Assembly (NCBI GenBank): GCA_036517255.1
Contig: DATDXE010000014.1
Coordinates: forward strand, 9,994-73,993
Reading direction: 5' to 3'
Source of the DNA: Minisyncoccota bacterium
GTDB taxonomy: Bacteria > Patescibacteriota > Minisyncoccia > Phycocordibacterales > WO2-35-19
Length of the DNA: 64,000 nt
Part shown: in pieces, positions 39,834-48,819 of the stretch
Numbering within the stretch: position 1 is the first letter of the stretch
Layout: every line of letters starts with the position of its first letter
Notes under the pieces: model-generated
What the model was told of the DNA's origin: nothing
Seen by the model: the letters and a program-made list of their open reading frames with translations, nothing else
Database searches by the model: none
Position numbers and translations under genes: made by a program

Positions 39834-40378
39834 TTTGTGAATTTGAAAGTTAAAAGAACTTTATTCAAATCACTATCGTTTGGATAAGAATCAAACATAA
39901 ACACAGTCTGATTTTGGATGATAATGGTCTTCTCAAAATCTAAACCAATATCCGTAGAATATATGATTTGTTTAGCCTGAATTGATCCAATATTGATGTC
40001 TTTTGTACTTTTAACTTCTGTAGGAAGATCATAATTATTAATTCGATCGATCTCCTTATTTACTGACCAATTTTCTCGAATTGAAATGAATGGATATCTT
40101 TCTACTTTTGTTCTACTTGTTGTGAAAACTAATACATACGGTCCCTCATCATTGTAGCCTTCAGTATATTTATCTACCCCCCAATTTTGAGGATATTTAA
40201 TTTCAAAATTATATTTTGAATCATTATACGTTTTTAAATTAGAAGTTTCACTGGTCTGTGTTGGTTGTTGAACGATGGGTTCCGACTTTTTAATAAAAAC
40301 AAAATATCCACTAACAGCGACAATGGCAACAATTGCTATTATTAAAACAATGTTCGTAAAACCTTCCTGATTATTCAT
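39830..40378 (-). CDS. hypothetical membrane-anchored protein
   Basis: N-terminal TM helix IVLIIAIVAIVAVSGYFVFI then soluble domain. Confidence 0.4.
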   Translation of the reverse strand: MNNQEGFTNIVLIIAIVAIVAVSGYFVFIKKSEPIVQQPTQTSETSNLKTYNDSKYNFEIKYPQNWGVDKYTEGYNDEGPYVLVFTTSRTKVERYPFISIRENWSVNKEIDRINNYDLPTEVKSTKDINIGSIQAKQIIYSTDIGLDFEKTIIIQNQTVFMFDSYPNDSDLNKVLLTFKFTN

Positions 40379-40420
40379 GGCAATATATTTATTAGTTAAT
40401 AATTTTTGATTTTTTCTATG

Positions 40421-40495
40421 TGGTGCTCCCGAGAGGAATCGAACCTCTATCGAACCCTTCGCAAGGGTTTATCCTATCCATTGAACGACGGGAGC
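40421..40495 (-). tRNA. tRNA-Arg (anticodon GCG) with encoded CCA
   Basis: Manual cloverleaf: acceptor gctcccg/cgggagc, anticodon stem aaccc/gggtt, loop ttgcgaa, T-loop ttcgatt, 3' acca. Confidence 0.6.
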
Positions 40496-40499
40496 GATT

Positions 40500-40778
40500 T
40501 TGAACACAATAGCAGAAAATGCTTTATTATGCTATAATGTGAATATGAAAAATATTATCCACTTTCATATCTCCAAAGGAAAGAAATACTATACAGCTGA
40601 AGGGGCGGATGTTGCCATTGTAACTCAAGGTAAAACTCTTGATGAACTTGCTAAAAATATACGAGAAGCGGTAGAGTTATATTTTGAGGGAGAAGATATG
40701 GCTTCTCTCGGTTTTGGAAGGACCCCATCAATTCTCACTAATTTCGAATTATCTTTGAGTCATGGGGTCAAAGCTTAA
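40500..40778 (+). CDS. hicB: HicB-like (UPF0150) antitoxin-family protein; likely true start Met at 40545
   Basis: IHFHISKGKKYYTAEGADVAIVTQGKTLDELAKNIREAVELYFE matches HicB N-terminal domain consensus. Confidence 0.55.
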   Translation: MNTIAENALLCYNVNMKNIIHFHISKGKKYYTAEGADVAIVTQGKTLDELAKNIREAVELYFEGEDMASLGFGRTPSILTNFELSLSHGVKA

Positions 40779-40875
40779 AATTCTTTCTGGACAGGATGTA
40801 GTAAAAATCCTGTCTTCTTTTGGGTTTTCCGTATTTAGTCAAAAAGGCAGTCATATAAAATTTGAAATAAACTGA
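40762..40875 (+). pseudogene. hicA: truncated HicA-like toxin fragment (37 aa, ends right after GSH motif), overlaps hicB 3' end
   Basis: Manual translation MGSKLKILSGQDVVKILSSFGFSVFSQKGSHIKFEIN; HicA N-terminal half only. Confidence 0.4.
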
Positions 40876-40879
40876 CTCT

Positions 40880-41425
40880 ATGAAAATAGATATTAGAGAA
40901 AACCTTGAACTACGAACCCTAGAAATCCCTGATGCACAAGTTCTTTTTGATGTCATAAGAAAAAATGATGCATATCTTCGTGAGTGGCTTCCGTGGCTTG
41001 ATGATGATAAGGCTGTCACAGATATCGTAAAATATATCGAAGGAAGTAACAAAAGATTTTCCAAAAAACAAGGCGTTGACCTCTCGATTTGGTATGACAA
41101 TCATTTAGTCGGGGGCATCGGATTATATCCTTGGGATAAAACTCATAAAAAAACTTCCATCGGATATTGGCTTGCGGAAGAATTTCAAGGTAGAGGTATT
41201 ATGAATGACTCTTTAAAAAAAGTTTTAAAATACGGATTTACAGAAATGGGTCTGAATCGTATTGAAGTTTGCTGTGCCGTCGGAAATACCAAAAGCTCTG
41301 CGCTTCCCAAAAAACTTGGGTTTACGTATGAAGGCATTGAACGACAAGGAGAATTTCTGTACGATCATTTTGTAGATATGGAAGTTTATAGTTTATTGGC
41401 TAAAGAATGGCAGAAGCAGAACTAA
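40880..41425 (+). CDS. GNAT N-acetyltransferase, RimJ/RimL-like
   Basis: GGIGLYPWDKTHKKTSIGYWLAEEFQGRGIMNDSLKKVLKYGF acetyl-CoA binding core. Confidence 0.65.
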   Translation: MKIDIRENLELRTLEIPDAQVLFDVIRKNDAYLREWLPWLDDDKAVTDIVKYIEGSNKRFSKKQGVDLSIWYDNHLVGGIGLYPWDKTHKKTSIGYWLAEEFQGRGIMNDSLKKVLKYGFTEMGLNRIEVCCAVGNTKSSALPKKLGFTYEGIERQGEFLYDHFVDMEVYSLLAKEWQKQN

Positions 41426-41431
41426 TTAAAG

Positions 41432-41920
41432 ATGGAAATAAAATCAACTTTCATAAATCGGCTCGGGCAAAAACTTGAAGTAATTTATAAAGAAGAAGAT
41501 CCACTTTTGGATTTAGAAGGTAAAACTCTACAAGCTGTTCATGCATATTGTTTCTATAAAGATAAACTGGTCGTCGTATATGCAGAGAATAAAAAGTATT
41601 GGACGCCACCTGGAGGAGGAATTGAACCAGGAGAAAGTACTGAAGAAGCAGTAATTAGAGAAGTGAAAGAAGAAACAAATATGAAAGTATTGAGCCAAAA
41701 ACTCATCGGCTACCAAGATATTTATGAAGGAGATAAAGTAATCAGGCAAACAAGGTCATTTTGCATGGTAGAACCAATGGGAGATTTTGTTACAGATCCA
41801 GATGGAGATATTACTGAAATTAAATTAATTAATCCAGAAGATTATAAAAAGTATTTTGGTTGGGGTGAAATCGGAGACAGGATAATGGCGAGAGCTATTG
41901 AGATGTTTAATAATAGGTAA
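41432..41920 (+). CDS. NUDIX hydrolase
   Basis: Nudix box GGGIEPGESTEEAVIREVKEETN. Confidence 0.75.
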   Translation: MEIKSTFINRLGQKLEVIYKEEDPLLDLEGKTLQAVHAYCFYKDKLVVVYAENKKYWTPPGGGIEPGESTEEAVIREVKEETNMKVLSQKLIGYQDIYEGDKVIRQTRSFCMVEPMGDFVTDPDGDITEIKLINPEDYKKYFGWGEIGDRIMARAIEMFNNR

Positions 41921-41924
41921 ATAA

Positions 41925-42392
41925 TCAAATCCCCAATTTATCAAAGAGGTGGTGGAGGGAGGATTCGCGGAGAGGCTGTTCGTCGAGGTAGTCATTTATG
42001 ACATCGCGCAGGTGATCGATGTTTACTTCGTCGGCGATCGGGATAGAAAGTAGGGGAATGAAATTGCTCAAAGGGTGGAGCAGGATGCGGGGGCCGTGCA
42101 TATGATCGTCCTCAATCCAAAAGGAGCGGTAATTTGGAAAAGGGTATTCATATTTACCGACCACGATACTGCGAGGGGTAATTCGTACATTTACTTCATT
42201 CGGTTTTCTTTTAGAAATGATACCGAGAGAGAGGGCTCCGAGGATAATAAAAATGCCGAAAAGGAAATTATCGAAATAAAAAGCTAGTACGGCGCCGGCG
42301 ACAGCTAAGATACCCAAATACCAAAACCAATCGGTACTTTTTTCAAAATGAGGACGCTCTAGACTGTGCCATTCAAGTAAGGACTCTGTCAT
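41925..42392 (-). CDS. hypothetical membrane protein (two TM helices plus PH-like C-terminal domain)
   Basis: Hydrophobic helices WFWYLGILAVAGAVLAFYF / LFGIFIILGALSLGII. Confidence 0.4.
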   Translation of the reverse strand: MTESLLEWHSLERPHFEKSTDWFWYLGILAVAGAVLAFYFDNFLFGIFIILGALSLGIISKRKPNEVNVRITPRSIVVGKYEYPFPNYRSFWIEDDHMHGPRILLHPLSNFIPLLSIPIADEVNIDHLRDVINDYLDEQPLRESSLHHLFDKLGI

Positions 42393-42419
42393 TACCTAAA
42401 TTATATCACGAAGCCCATT

Positions 42420-42788
42420 TTACTTTACAATACTGCCTGGAGGAACATCCATTTTTAGCAAAGAAAAGAAACTTTCCTCGTTTTCCAACTTCCCGGAAGA
42501 AGCCATGAGCATAGCCTGGCTTTCAAGGCCCATGATCATACGCGGCTCTAAATTGGTAACAAAAGCAGAGGTGACGCCTACTAAGCTTTGTGGGTCTAGG
42601 AAATACTTTTTTATACCGGAAACAACTTGTCTTACATCTCGTTCTTCCTTGTCCGCCGAAATTTCAATGGAGGCAGACCCAAAATCAACACTAAGTTTCA
42701 ACAGCTTATCCGAACCCTCTACCTCCTCCACAGAAAGTATCTTCCCCGCCCTTATTTCCACCTTTGCAAAATCATCAATGGAGATCAT
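42420..42788 (-). CDS. tRNA-binding domain protein (CsaA/Trbp111-like, Myf domain)
   Basis: FAKVEIRAGKIL... OB-fold tRNA-binding motif as in MetG C-terminus. Confidence 0.65.
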   Translation of the reverse strand: MISIDDFAKVEIRAGKILSVEEVEGSDKLLKLSVDFGSASIEISADKEERDVRQVVSGIKKYFLDPQSLVGVTSAFVTNLEPRMIMGLESQAMLMASSGKLENEESFFSLLKMDVPPGSIVK

Positions 42789-42790
42789 GA

Positions 42791-43306
42791 TTACTGTAGA
42801 TTATACAATAATTTTAGTTTTTCAAGGCCTCGATAGGCTTGGACTGCGATGGTGTTTTTTGATTTACCGGTGATGAGAGAAATTTCTTTTATCGACAAGT
42901 CGCGGATATAGCCCATATTCATCACTTGGCGATATTTTTCAGGCAGACGAGTGATGAGGCCGAGAGCGGCTTTGCCATCGATCATATTGAAAAGACTTTC
43001 GGAAGTGTCGACACTCGGTTCAAAACCATCTTCAATCAAAAGATCGAGTGAGGAATGTTTTCTTTTTCGGTACTCATCGATAATCAGGCCGTTTAGCACA
43101 TGATAGAGGAAAGATTTCATGACATCGATTTTGCCGCCTTTGATCAAGTATTTCCATGTTTTCATAAAAGTGCTTTGCACCAAATCCTCGCCAGTCGTAT
43201 GGCTACTTGTTTTGAAAAAGGCCCTTGCATTCAAACCTTTCTCATAATCGTGGTGAGCTAAGGTCAGGACCTTTTTCTGTTCGGTTTCTTGTTTGCGATT
43301 CAACAT
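42791..43306 (-). CDS. ECF-type sigma-70 family factor
   Basis: Region 2 (EDLVQSTFMKTWKYL) and region 4 HTH (LSIKEISLITGKSKNTIAVQAYRGLEKLK). Confidence 0.65.
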   Translation of the reverse strand: MLNRKQETEQKKVLTLAHHDYEKGLNARAFFKTSSHTTGEDLVQSTFMKTWKYLIKGGKIDVMKSFLYHVLNGLIIDEYRKRKHSSLDLLIEDGFEPSVDTSESLFNMIDGKAALGLITRLPEKYRQVMNMGYIRDLSIKEISLITGKSKNTIAVQAYRGLEKLKLLYNLQ

Positions 43307-43521
43307 ATATTACTTGAAGCCGTATGGGGAACAGCTTTATTACATCGGAATTACGCCTAGGCGACAGTGGCCTATCGGGGCATAGGTTTATTTTCGTTTA
43401 CTAATTACAGCTAGGTTACAAATAGTAGTGAGAGACTCGCTTACAAGTATAGCACACTTTGTAAATTATTACTCGGACATTTTTATTGAAATAGTTTGGA
43501 CTTTAGAACGGCGTAGTTTGT

Positions 43522-44076
43522 ATGGAAAAAACTAAAGATGATTTTATAGATAGTTTGTGGGAAAAAGGTTGGACTTATATCAAAACGGTGGTGGATGTGG
43601 TGCGAGAACCGATTTTAATCTTGGACAAAGATCTTCGTGTGATGGCGGCCAATGAAGCATTTTACTCGATGTTCCAAGTAGAAAGGAAAAATACTGAAAA
43701 TAAAGTGGTGTATGAGCTCGGTAATGGCCAGTGGAATATCCCAGCTCTGCGGAAACTGCTTGAAGATATTTTACCTAAAAATACTTTCTTCAAAGGTTTC
43801 GAAGTGTCGCACGAATTTCCTTTGATCGGACAGAAGGTGATGATACTAAATGCTCGCCAGATTCATACTGAAGATGATACGGCCAAACTTTTTCCACCCA
43901 TTATCCTTCTCGCTATGGAAGATATCACTGAAATCATCGCTGTGGCAGAGAAGTTGGCACAGCATACAAGCCAGTTTGAAACTAAAATGGCGGAAAGAAC
44001 GGAAAAAATAGAACAGCACATTTCTGCTTTGTCGATAGAAATTAATAGGCTAAAAAAGAAACCTTTAAAAGCATAA
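43522..44076 (+). CDS. PAS-domain protein with C-terminal coiled coil
   Basis: PAS-like fold: ILILDKDLRVMAANEAFYSMF ... GQKVMILNARQI. Confidence 0.5.
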   Translation: MEKTKDDFIDSLWEKGWTYIKTVVDVVREPILILDKDLRVMAANEAFYSMFQVERKNTENKVVYELGNGQWNIPALRKLLEDILPKNTFFKGFEVSHEFPLIGQKVMILNARQIHTEDDTAKLFPPIILLAMEDITEIIAVAEKLAQHTSQFETKMAERTEKIEQHISALSIEINRLKKKPLKA

Positions 44077-44086
44077 TATAAAAAAT

Positions 44087-44446
44087 ATGGATTCATCATT
44101 TAATTCTTCCTCTACCAAACCTTTATTCAAAGGGACTCAAATTGTGTGGTACCTGCTTTCTCTTCTCGAAATATTGTTAGCCTTTCGTTTTGTGTTGAAG
44201 CTCGCTGGAGCAAATCCAGCAGCGGGATTTAGTAGCTCTATCTACACCCTCACTTGGCCGTTTACTGCTCCATTCTTAGCAGTATTTCCAAAAACTGTTG
44301 TCCAGGGAAGTATTTTCGAGTGGACCACGATTTTGGCTATGTTTGTCTATTGGCTTGTTGGGATTGGACTGGTCAGGCTTCTTGTTATGAGTAAAACCAT
44401 CTCTACTCCCGAAGCGGCAGTGAAATTAAACAACGAGGAGAAGTAG
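44087..44446 (+). CDS. hypothetical membrane protein (YggT-like)
   Basis: Two TM helices; weak YggT pattern. Confidence 0.35.
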   Translation: MDSSFNSSSTKPLFKGTQIVWYLLSLLEILLAFRFVLKLAGANPAAGFSSSIYTLTWPFTAPFLAVFPKTVVQGSIFEWTTILAMFVYWLVGIGLVRLLVMSKTISTPEAAVKLNNEEK

Positions 44447-44470
44447 ATTTATTAAAATAATTATAAATAT

Positions 44471-44722
44471 ATGGGATTAATTCTATGGATTGTGTTTGGA
44501 GCTTTAGTTGGTTGGATCGCATCGATCATAATGAAGACTAATGCTGAACAGGGATGGGTACTTAATATCGTAGTCGGTGTTGTCGGTGCGGTTGTCGGTG
44601 GCTGGATCATGAATATCTTGGGCAATACTGGAGTAAGAGACTTTAGCCTTCAGGGGTTCCTGGTAGCCCTTCTTGGAGCGGTTGTTTTTATCTTTATTGT
44701 TAAACTTTTGCGACGAGTGTAA
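44471..44722 (+). CDS. GlsB/YeaQ/YmgE-family stress-response membrane protein
   Basis: [21 protein letters not shown] ... [18 protein letters not shown] typical of transglycosylase-associated family. Confidence 0.65.
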   Translation: MGLILWIVFGALVGWIASIIMKTNAEQGWVLNIVVGVVGAVVGGWIMNILGNTGVRDFSLQGFLVALLGAVVFIFIVKLLRRV

Positions 44723-44784
44723 TGGGCTTGTTTCCGGAACGGCTTCTATGGAAGAGGTAATTAATTATAAGTAAATAAAATAAT

Positions 44785-45459
44785 ATGATAAATGTCACAA
44801 AGTCTCTAAAAGAATCGTTTCGTTTCCCAGTCCTAGCGGGAGCGGTTTTCGTCGCCTTCTCTGTACTAGGGGCGCCGCTTTTTGCAGAAGCTGCTGTGCT
44901 TACTCGTCAATTGGAAATAGAAATGTCAGGACCTGATGTTTCGACACCCCAGACATTCCTTGCTAAAGATAGCACTATCTATCCACAAGGTTTGGTGACG
45001 GGGTACTTCGGTTTCCTTACTAAGTCGGCTGTTTCGAATTTCCAATCTAGAAATGGTATCGATGCTGTCGGCCGAGTCGGCCCTATCACACTGGTTGCGA
45101 TCAATAACCAAATGAATAACGGTATGACTTCAGGCCTTGATCGACGCGCACCTGTGATCAGCGGAGTAAATGTCAGCGTGGTAAATACCAATGCTACATT
45201 TAGCTGGAATACAAATGAAAATGCTGCGGCCCTAGTTTACTACAGCACTTCACCACTCCTCATGGCTGAAGCTAGTATCAACATGGGAGTGAATATTTCT
45301 GGCTCAACTCTCTTGGTCCACAACGATCTGCGGATGACTCACTCTGGCACTTTGACTGCGCTTCAATCAAATACCAGGTACTACTACGTGATCTACTCTA
45401 GAGATGGTGATGGTAACGTTTCCGTCACAACACAACAGTCTTTCCAGACTGGAAACTAA
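44785..45459 (+). CDS. secreted peptidoglycan-binding-domain protein with FN3/PAP-N-like C-terminal domain
   Basis: Signal peptide; PG_binding_1-like motif LVTGYFGFLTKSAVSNFQSRNGIDAVGRVGPIT. Confidence 0.55.
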   Translation: MINVTKSLKESFRFPVLAGAVFVAFSVLGAPLFAEAAVLTRQLEIEMSGPDVSTPQTFLAKDSTIYPQGLVTGYFGFLTKSAVSNFQSRNGIDAVGRVGPITLVAINNQMNNGMTSGLDRRAPVISGVNVSVVNTNATFSWNTNENAAALVYYSTSPLLMAEASINMGVNISGSTLLVHNDLRMTHSGTLTALQSNTRYYYVIYSRDGDGNVSVTTQQSFQTGN

Positions 45460-45492
45460 TTGAAGTAAAGTCTCTTCAAACAAAGTCTCAAG

Positions 45493-45524
45493 AAAAACCG
45501 CCGATTCCTCCTCGGCGGTTTTTC
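45493..45524. terminator. bidirectional Rho-independent terminator (A-run, stem aaccgccga/tcggcggtt, T-run)
   Basis: 9-bp perfect stem with 7-nt loop flanked by A5 and T5 between convergent genes. Confidence 0.75.
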
Positions 45525-45578
45525 TGTTTCCACTTTCTACCTATCTTTATCAAAATATGTCTAAGAATAAGGAGTTAT

Positions 45579-46028
45579 TTAATATAATTCAACTGTTTCC
45601 TTTTTGTAACCAAAAGATTTGCTGTGGATGACCTCTATTTTAGTTGGTTTGAGAACATACCAAGACTGACCTTTTTCTAAAATCTCACCTGCTCTCTCGG
45701 GAATTTTAAGACCCCTTTTTTCTTCCAATTTCTTTTCATATTCAAAAAGTGACCCTTCAATTTTTTCGACAACTCCTTCAATTTGCAAAGCTCTTTCATC
45801 ATGAGTTTTACGACTTGCGGTAATCGTGCAAGCAACTTTATTATTTTTCTCTATTGCTTTTGAATGTCTTGTGTTTGGAAGCGAAATCCAATAAAGATTA
45901 AATTTGTCATCCTTAATATAAATAACATCTGCTACCCAAACGCCACCTTCATCCACAGTTCCCAAACTCATAACATACCCATCTTCCAAAACTTTCTCCG
46001 CTAGATTTCTAATTCCTTCTTTATTCAT
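45579..46028 (-). CDS. pyridoxamine 5'-phosphate oxidase-like FMN-binding protein (start set at Met downstream of tRNA-Ser)
   Basis: PNPOx/general-stress-26-like split-barrel pattern; longer ORF version would read through tRNA-Ser. Confidence 0.5.
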   Translation of the reverse strand: MNKEGIRNLAEKVLEDGYVMSLGTVDEGGVWVADVIYIKDDKFNLYWISLPNTRHSKAIEKNNKVACTITASRKTHDERALQIEGVVEKIEGSLFEYEKKLEEKRGLKIPERAGEILEKGQSWYVLKPTKIEVIHSKSFGYKKETVELY

Positions 46029-46043
46029 AACGTAATTATAACT

Positions 46044-46128
46044 TGGCGGAAGGGGCGAGAGTCGAACTCGCAAGCCCTTGCGGGCGACAGTTTTCAAGAC
46101 TGTTGGAATACCATTATCCGACCCTTCC
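46044..46128 (-). tRNA. tRNA-Ser (anticodon TGA), long variable arm, encoded CCA
   Basis: Manual cloverleaf: acceptor ggaaggg/cccttcc, 3-bp D stem, anticodon loop cttgaaa, variable hairpin gcccgcaagggc, discriminator G. Confidence 0.8.
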
Positions 46129-46605
46129 AATATTATTCTGCGACCAACTCTTTTCAGAGTGGTGTTCTGCGTAATGACAATTAGGACAAACTATCTCTAA
46201 ATTGCACTTGTCATTATTACTGCGATTCCTGTCTTTGTGATGCACTTGCAGTATCTTCTGATCATTATAACCACACCTCTCGCACACCGCACCTCTTTCC
46301 CTAAACAAGGCCAACTTGATTGATCTTTGGTTGAAGGCATTGTCCCTTGGCCTACCAATTTTATACTTTATTCCTTCCCTGTGTTTATTCGAACATGCTC
46401 TACTACAGGTTTTCTTATTAAGACCGCCCAAGATAAGGTTTCCACAAACCAGGCAAGGTATTTCCTTCCTACAAGAAATACCATAACATTTCTGACCACA
46501 GTATGCTTTACCAGAGCTTTCGACTAGAGCAGAAGGCCTTCTATATACAGGCTTTTTACATATAACGCAAGAAATATTAGGGTTTCTTTTGTATTGCTCT
46601 GGCAC
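46114..46605 (-). CDS. HNH endonuclease with N-terminal Cys-rich zinc-finger region; 3' end overlaps tRNA-Ser by 15 nt
   Basis: HNH motif VHHKDRNRSNNDKCNLEIVCPNCH; multiple CxxC pairs. Confidence 0.7.
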   Translation of the reverse strand: MPEQYKRNPNISCVICKKPVYRRPSALVESSGKAYCGQKCYGISCRKEIPCLVCGNLILGGLNKKTCSRACSNKHREGIKYKIGRPRDNAFNQRSIKLALFRERGAVCERCGYNDQKILQVHHKDRNRSNNDKCNLEIVCPNCHYAEHHSEKSWSQNNIGRVG

Positions 46606-46643
46606 TCATCCAGTATACCACAAATTAGTGATGTTTTGAGAAT

Positions 46644-46862
46644 TTATTTCTCCACTGTTTCCACTTCGTATTTGCGGGCGATTAAGAAGATGTAGATAAA
46701 ATCGAGGATGGCGAAAGTGTTGGAAATAAAGAGGATAGCAAACCACCACTTTTGGCCAAGGCGGGAAGCGTACCAAAGGGCGAAAGCCTTCACTGGTAAG
46801 GTGATGAGCGAAAGAATCAAAAGCTCATTACTTGATGTCAGTGCGGTGACTAGAGTATCCAT
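46644..46862 (-). CDS. small hypothetical membrane protein
   Basis: 72 aa, two hydrophobic helices. Confidence 0.3.
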   Translation of the reverse strand: MDTLVTALTSSNELLILSLITLPVKAFALWYASRLGQKWWFAILFISNTFAILDFIYIFLIARKYEVETVEK

Positions 46863-46890
46863 GCTATGATTTTATCACAATAAAAAACTG

Positions 46891-47280
46891 ATGCGATATC
46901 TCGGAATTGACTATGGCAGTAAAAGAATAGGGCTCTCTATTTCAGATGAAGAGGGCAGGATGGCTTTCCCTCACTCGGTGGTGGAAAACGACTCGCATGC
47001 TCTAGAAAATATATCAAATATTATTATTGGTAACGCAGTGGACACGGTGGTAGTAGGGGAATCAAAAAATTTCAAAGGAGAAGCAAATGAAATACAAAAG
47101 AGTATCGATAAGTTTGCTAAAGCTTTGGAAGCGAAAGAAATGGAACTTGATATCGTTTTCGAACCAGAATTTATGACTAGTAGCCAAGCGGAAAAAATAC
47201 AGGGCAAAAATAATATGCTCGATGCCTCGGCGGCCACTATAATTTTACAAAGCTTCCTGGACAGAAAACTCTCTAACTAG
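46891..47280 (+). CDS. ruvX: RuvX/YqgF Holliday-junction-resolvase-like putative pre-16S rRNA nuclease
   Basis: MRYLGIDYGSKRIGLSISDEEG RNase H-like N-terminus. Confidence 0.75.
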   Translation: MRYLGIDYGSKRIGLSISDEEGRMAFPHSVVENDSHALENISNIIIGNAVDTVVVGESKNFKGEANEIQKSIDKFAKALEAKEMELDIVFEPEFMTSSQAEKIQGKNNMLDASAATIILQSFLDRKLSN

Positions 47281-47285
47281 AATTT

Positions 47286-48272
47286 TTGTCAGAATTGTTT
47301 GGTATAATTGAGAGCATGTCGCTCCGTGACAAATTCCTCAAAAGTTTTCCGCCACCTCAATATATAGATGTGCCTTATAGCAGTATCGCTTTTTCTGATT
47401 CGCACTTGCGCTTACTTTCCCTCGATCGGCTAAAACATCCAGCCTATCATGCTGAGGTGAAATTGGAATCGGGCATCATAGACAAAGGGGAAGTGAAGGA
47501 TATGGAAAAATTGATTAGCCTTTTGGTAGCTCAAAAATCGAAACTGCCAAGCCCTTTCATAAAATTTTCCATTCCTGATGACGCTTCGTATATTTTTAAT
47601 TCAGAAGTGCCGGCTTCCCCCGGGAGGGACCTTCGGGAAAGTGTGCGTTTTGTGTTGGAAGAGAATGTGCCGTTGCCTCTCGGCGATGTGGCTTTCGATT
47701 TTATTCCGCGTGAAGTACAGAAAACAGCAGATGGTTATAAAGCTCGGATCGTCGGGATCGCCGCCTCGAGCTCGCTTATCGCTTCATATGTGGAGAGTTT
47801 GCGAAAAGCTGAGCTAGAACCGATTGCTTGTATGCATGAGTCGCAGGCGACGGCGAACGCTGTCATAGCCAAAGATTTTCACCAAGTGGCGGTGATAGTG
47901 CACATCCACCTTCAGTCGGTCGGTATCTACATAGTGAAGGATAGGGTGGTGGAATTTTCTTCCGCGGTACTCGTCAGTATGGAGGATGCGACGCTGGCTT
48001 TGAAAGTTATAAAATCAGAAGTACTAAAAGCTTTGGAGTATTGGTCTTCCCGTTTGCATTTGATAGCCGAGACAGATGAAGCCTTGCATTGTTTTGTTTG
48101 CGGCAGGCACGACATAGGTAAACAACTTGTTTTCGAAATCGGAGAAGCAAGCGGGATGACAGCTGAACTGGCCCAAGTATGGAATAATTTATTCTCCTTG
48201 CGAGAATACATACCGGAAATTTCTTTCGAAGATTCTTTAAAATACCCATCGGCCATTGGCCTCTGCGTTTAA
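47286..48272 (+). CDS. pilM: PilM-like actin-fold type IV pilus assembly protein
   Basis: FtsA/PilM-like pattern and followed by PilN/PilO-like bitopic proteins. Confidence 0.45.
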   Translation: MSELFGIIESMSLRDKFLKSFPPPQYIDVPYSSIAFSDSHLRLLSLDRLKHPAYHAEVKLESGIIDKGEVKDMEKLISLLVAQKSKLPSPFIKFSIPDDASYIFNSEVPASPGRDLRESVRFVLEENVPLPLGDVAFDFIPREVQKTADGYKARIVGIAASSSLIASYVESLRKAELEPIACMHESQATANAVIAKDFHQVAVIVHIHLQSVGIYIVKDRVVEFSSAVLVSMEDATLALKVIKSEVLKALEYWSSRLHLIAETDEALHCFVCGRHDIGKQLVFEIGEASGMTAELAQVWNNLFSLREYIPEISFEDSLKYPSAIGLCV

Positions 48273-48278
48273 AATAAA

Positions 48279-48818
48279 ATGGATACCAATATTTTACCTG
48301 AACAGGAAATAGAGATTTTAGAAAAAGGTTACCGTCGTAGGGTGCTCATCGTGTTCTTACGCGCCACCTTCCTTTTATTTATCGCGCTCTCTGTTTTGAT
48401 GTTGTGTTCCTATATAATCGCTAGATATAAATTAGAGGAAGCTCTCGAAAGTTCTAAAGCAGGCTCTCTTTCAAGCGGATACGCTGAGACGGCTATAGCC
48501 CCTGTGGCTATAAATGAAAAAGTGGCAATAGTGCTCGGTTTCGAGAGTCGGCCTTCGCTTGCCATGAGAGTAACTAGTTTTTACAAAGCGGCTTCGGCTC
48601 AAATATCTCTCGTCGGTGTTTCTTACAAACAAAAAGGAAAAAATAATGATGCGGAGGAAGTGGTACTCACGGGAACTGCTTTGAATAGGGAAGCATTGCG
48701 TTCTTTTGAAAAAGAGGTCAGCAAGCTGGAATTTGTAGCAGGCACTTCCGTGCCGGTGTCGGCCTTTACCCGCGATAAGGATTTGTCTTTCAGTATGAAT
48801 GTGGAGATAAAAAAGTAA
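48279..48818 (+). CDS. PilN-like bitopic membrane protein
   Basis: Short cytoplasmic N-terminus, single TM, periplasmic domain; position after pilM. Confidence 0.35.
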   Translation: MDTNILPEQEIEILEKGYRRRVLIVFLRATFLLFIALSVLMLCSYIIARYKLEEALESSKAGSLSSGYAETAIAPVAINEKVAIVLGFESRPSLAMRVTSFYKAASAQISLVGVSYKQKGKNNDAEEVVLTGTALNREALRSFEKEVSKLEFVAGTSVPVSAFTRDKDLSFSMNVEIKK

Positions 48819-48819
48819 A

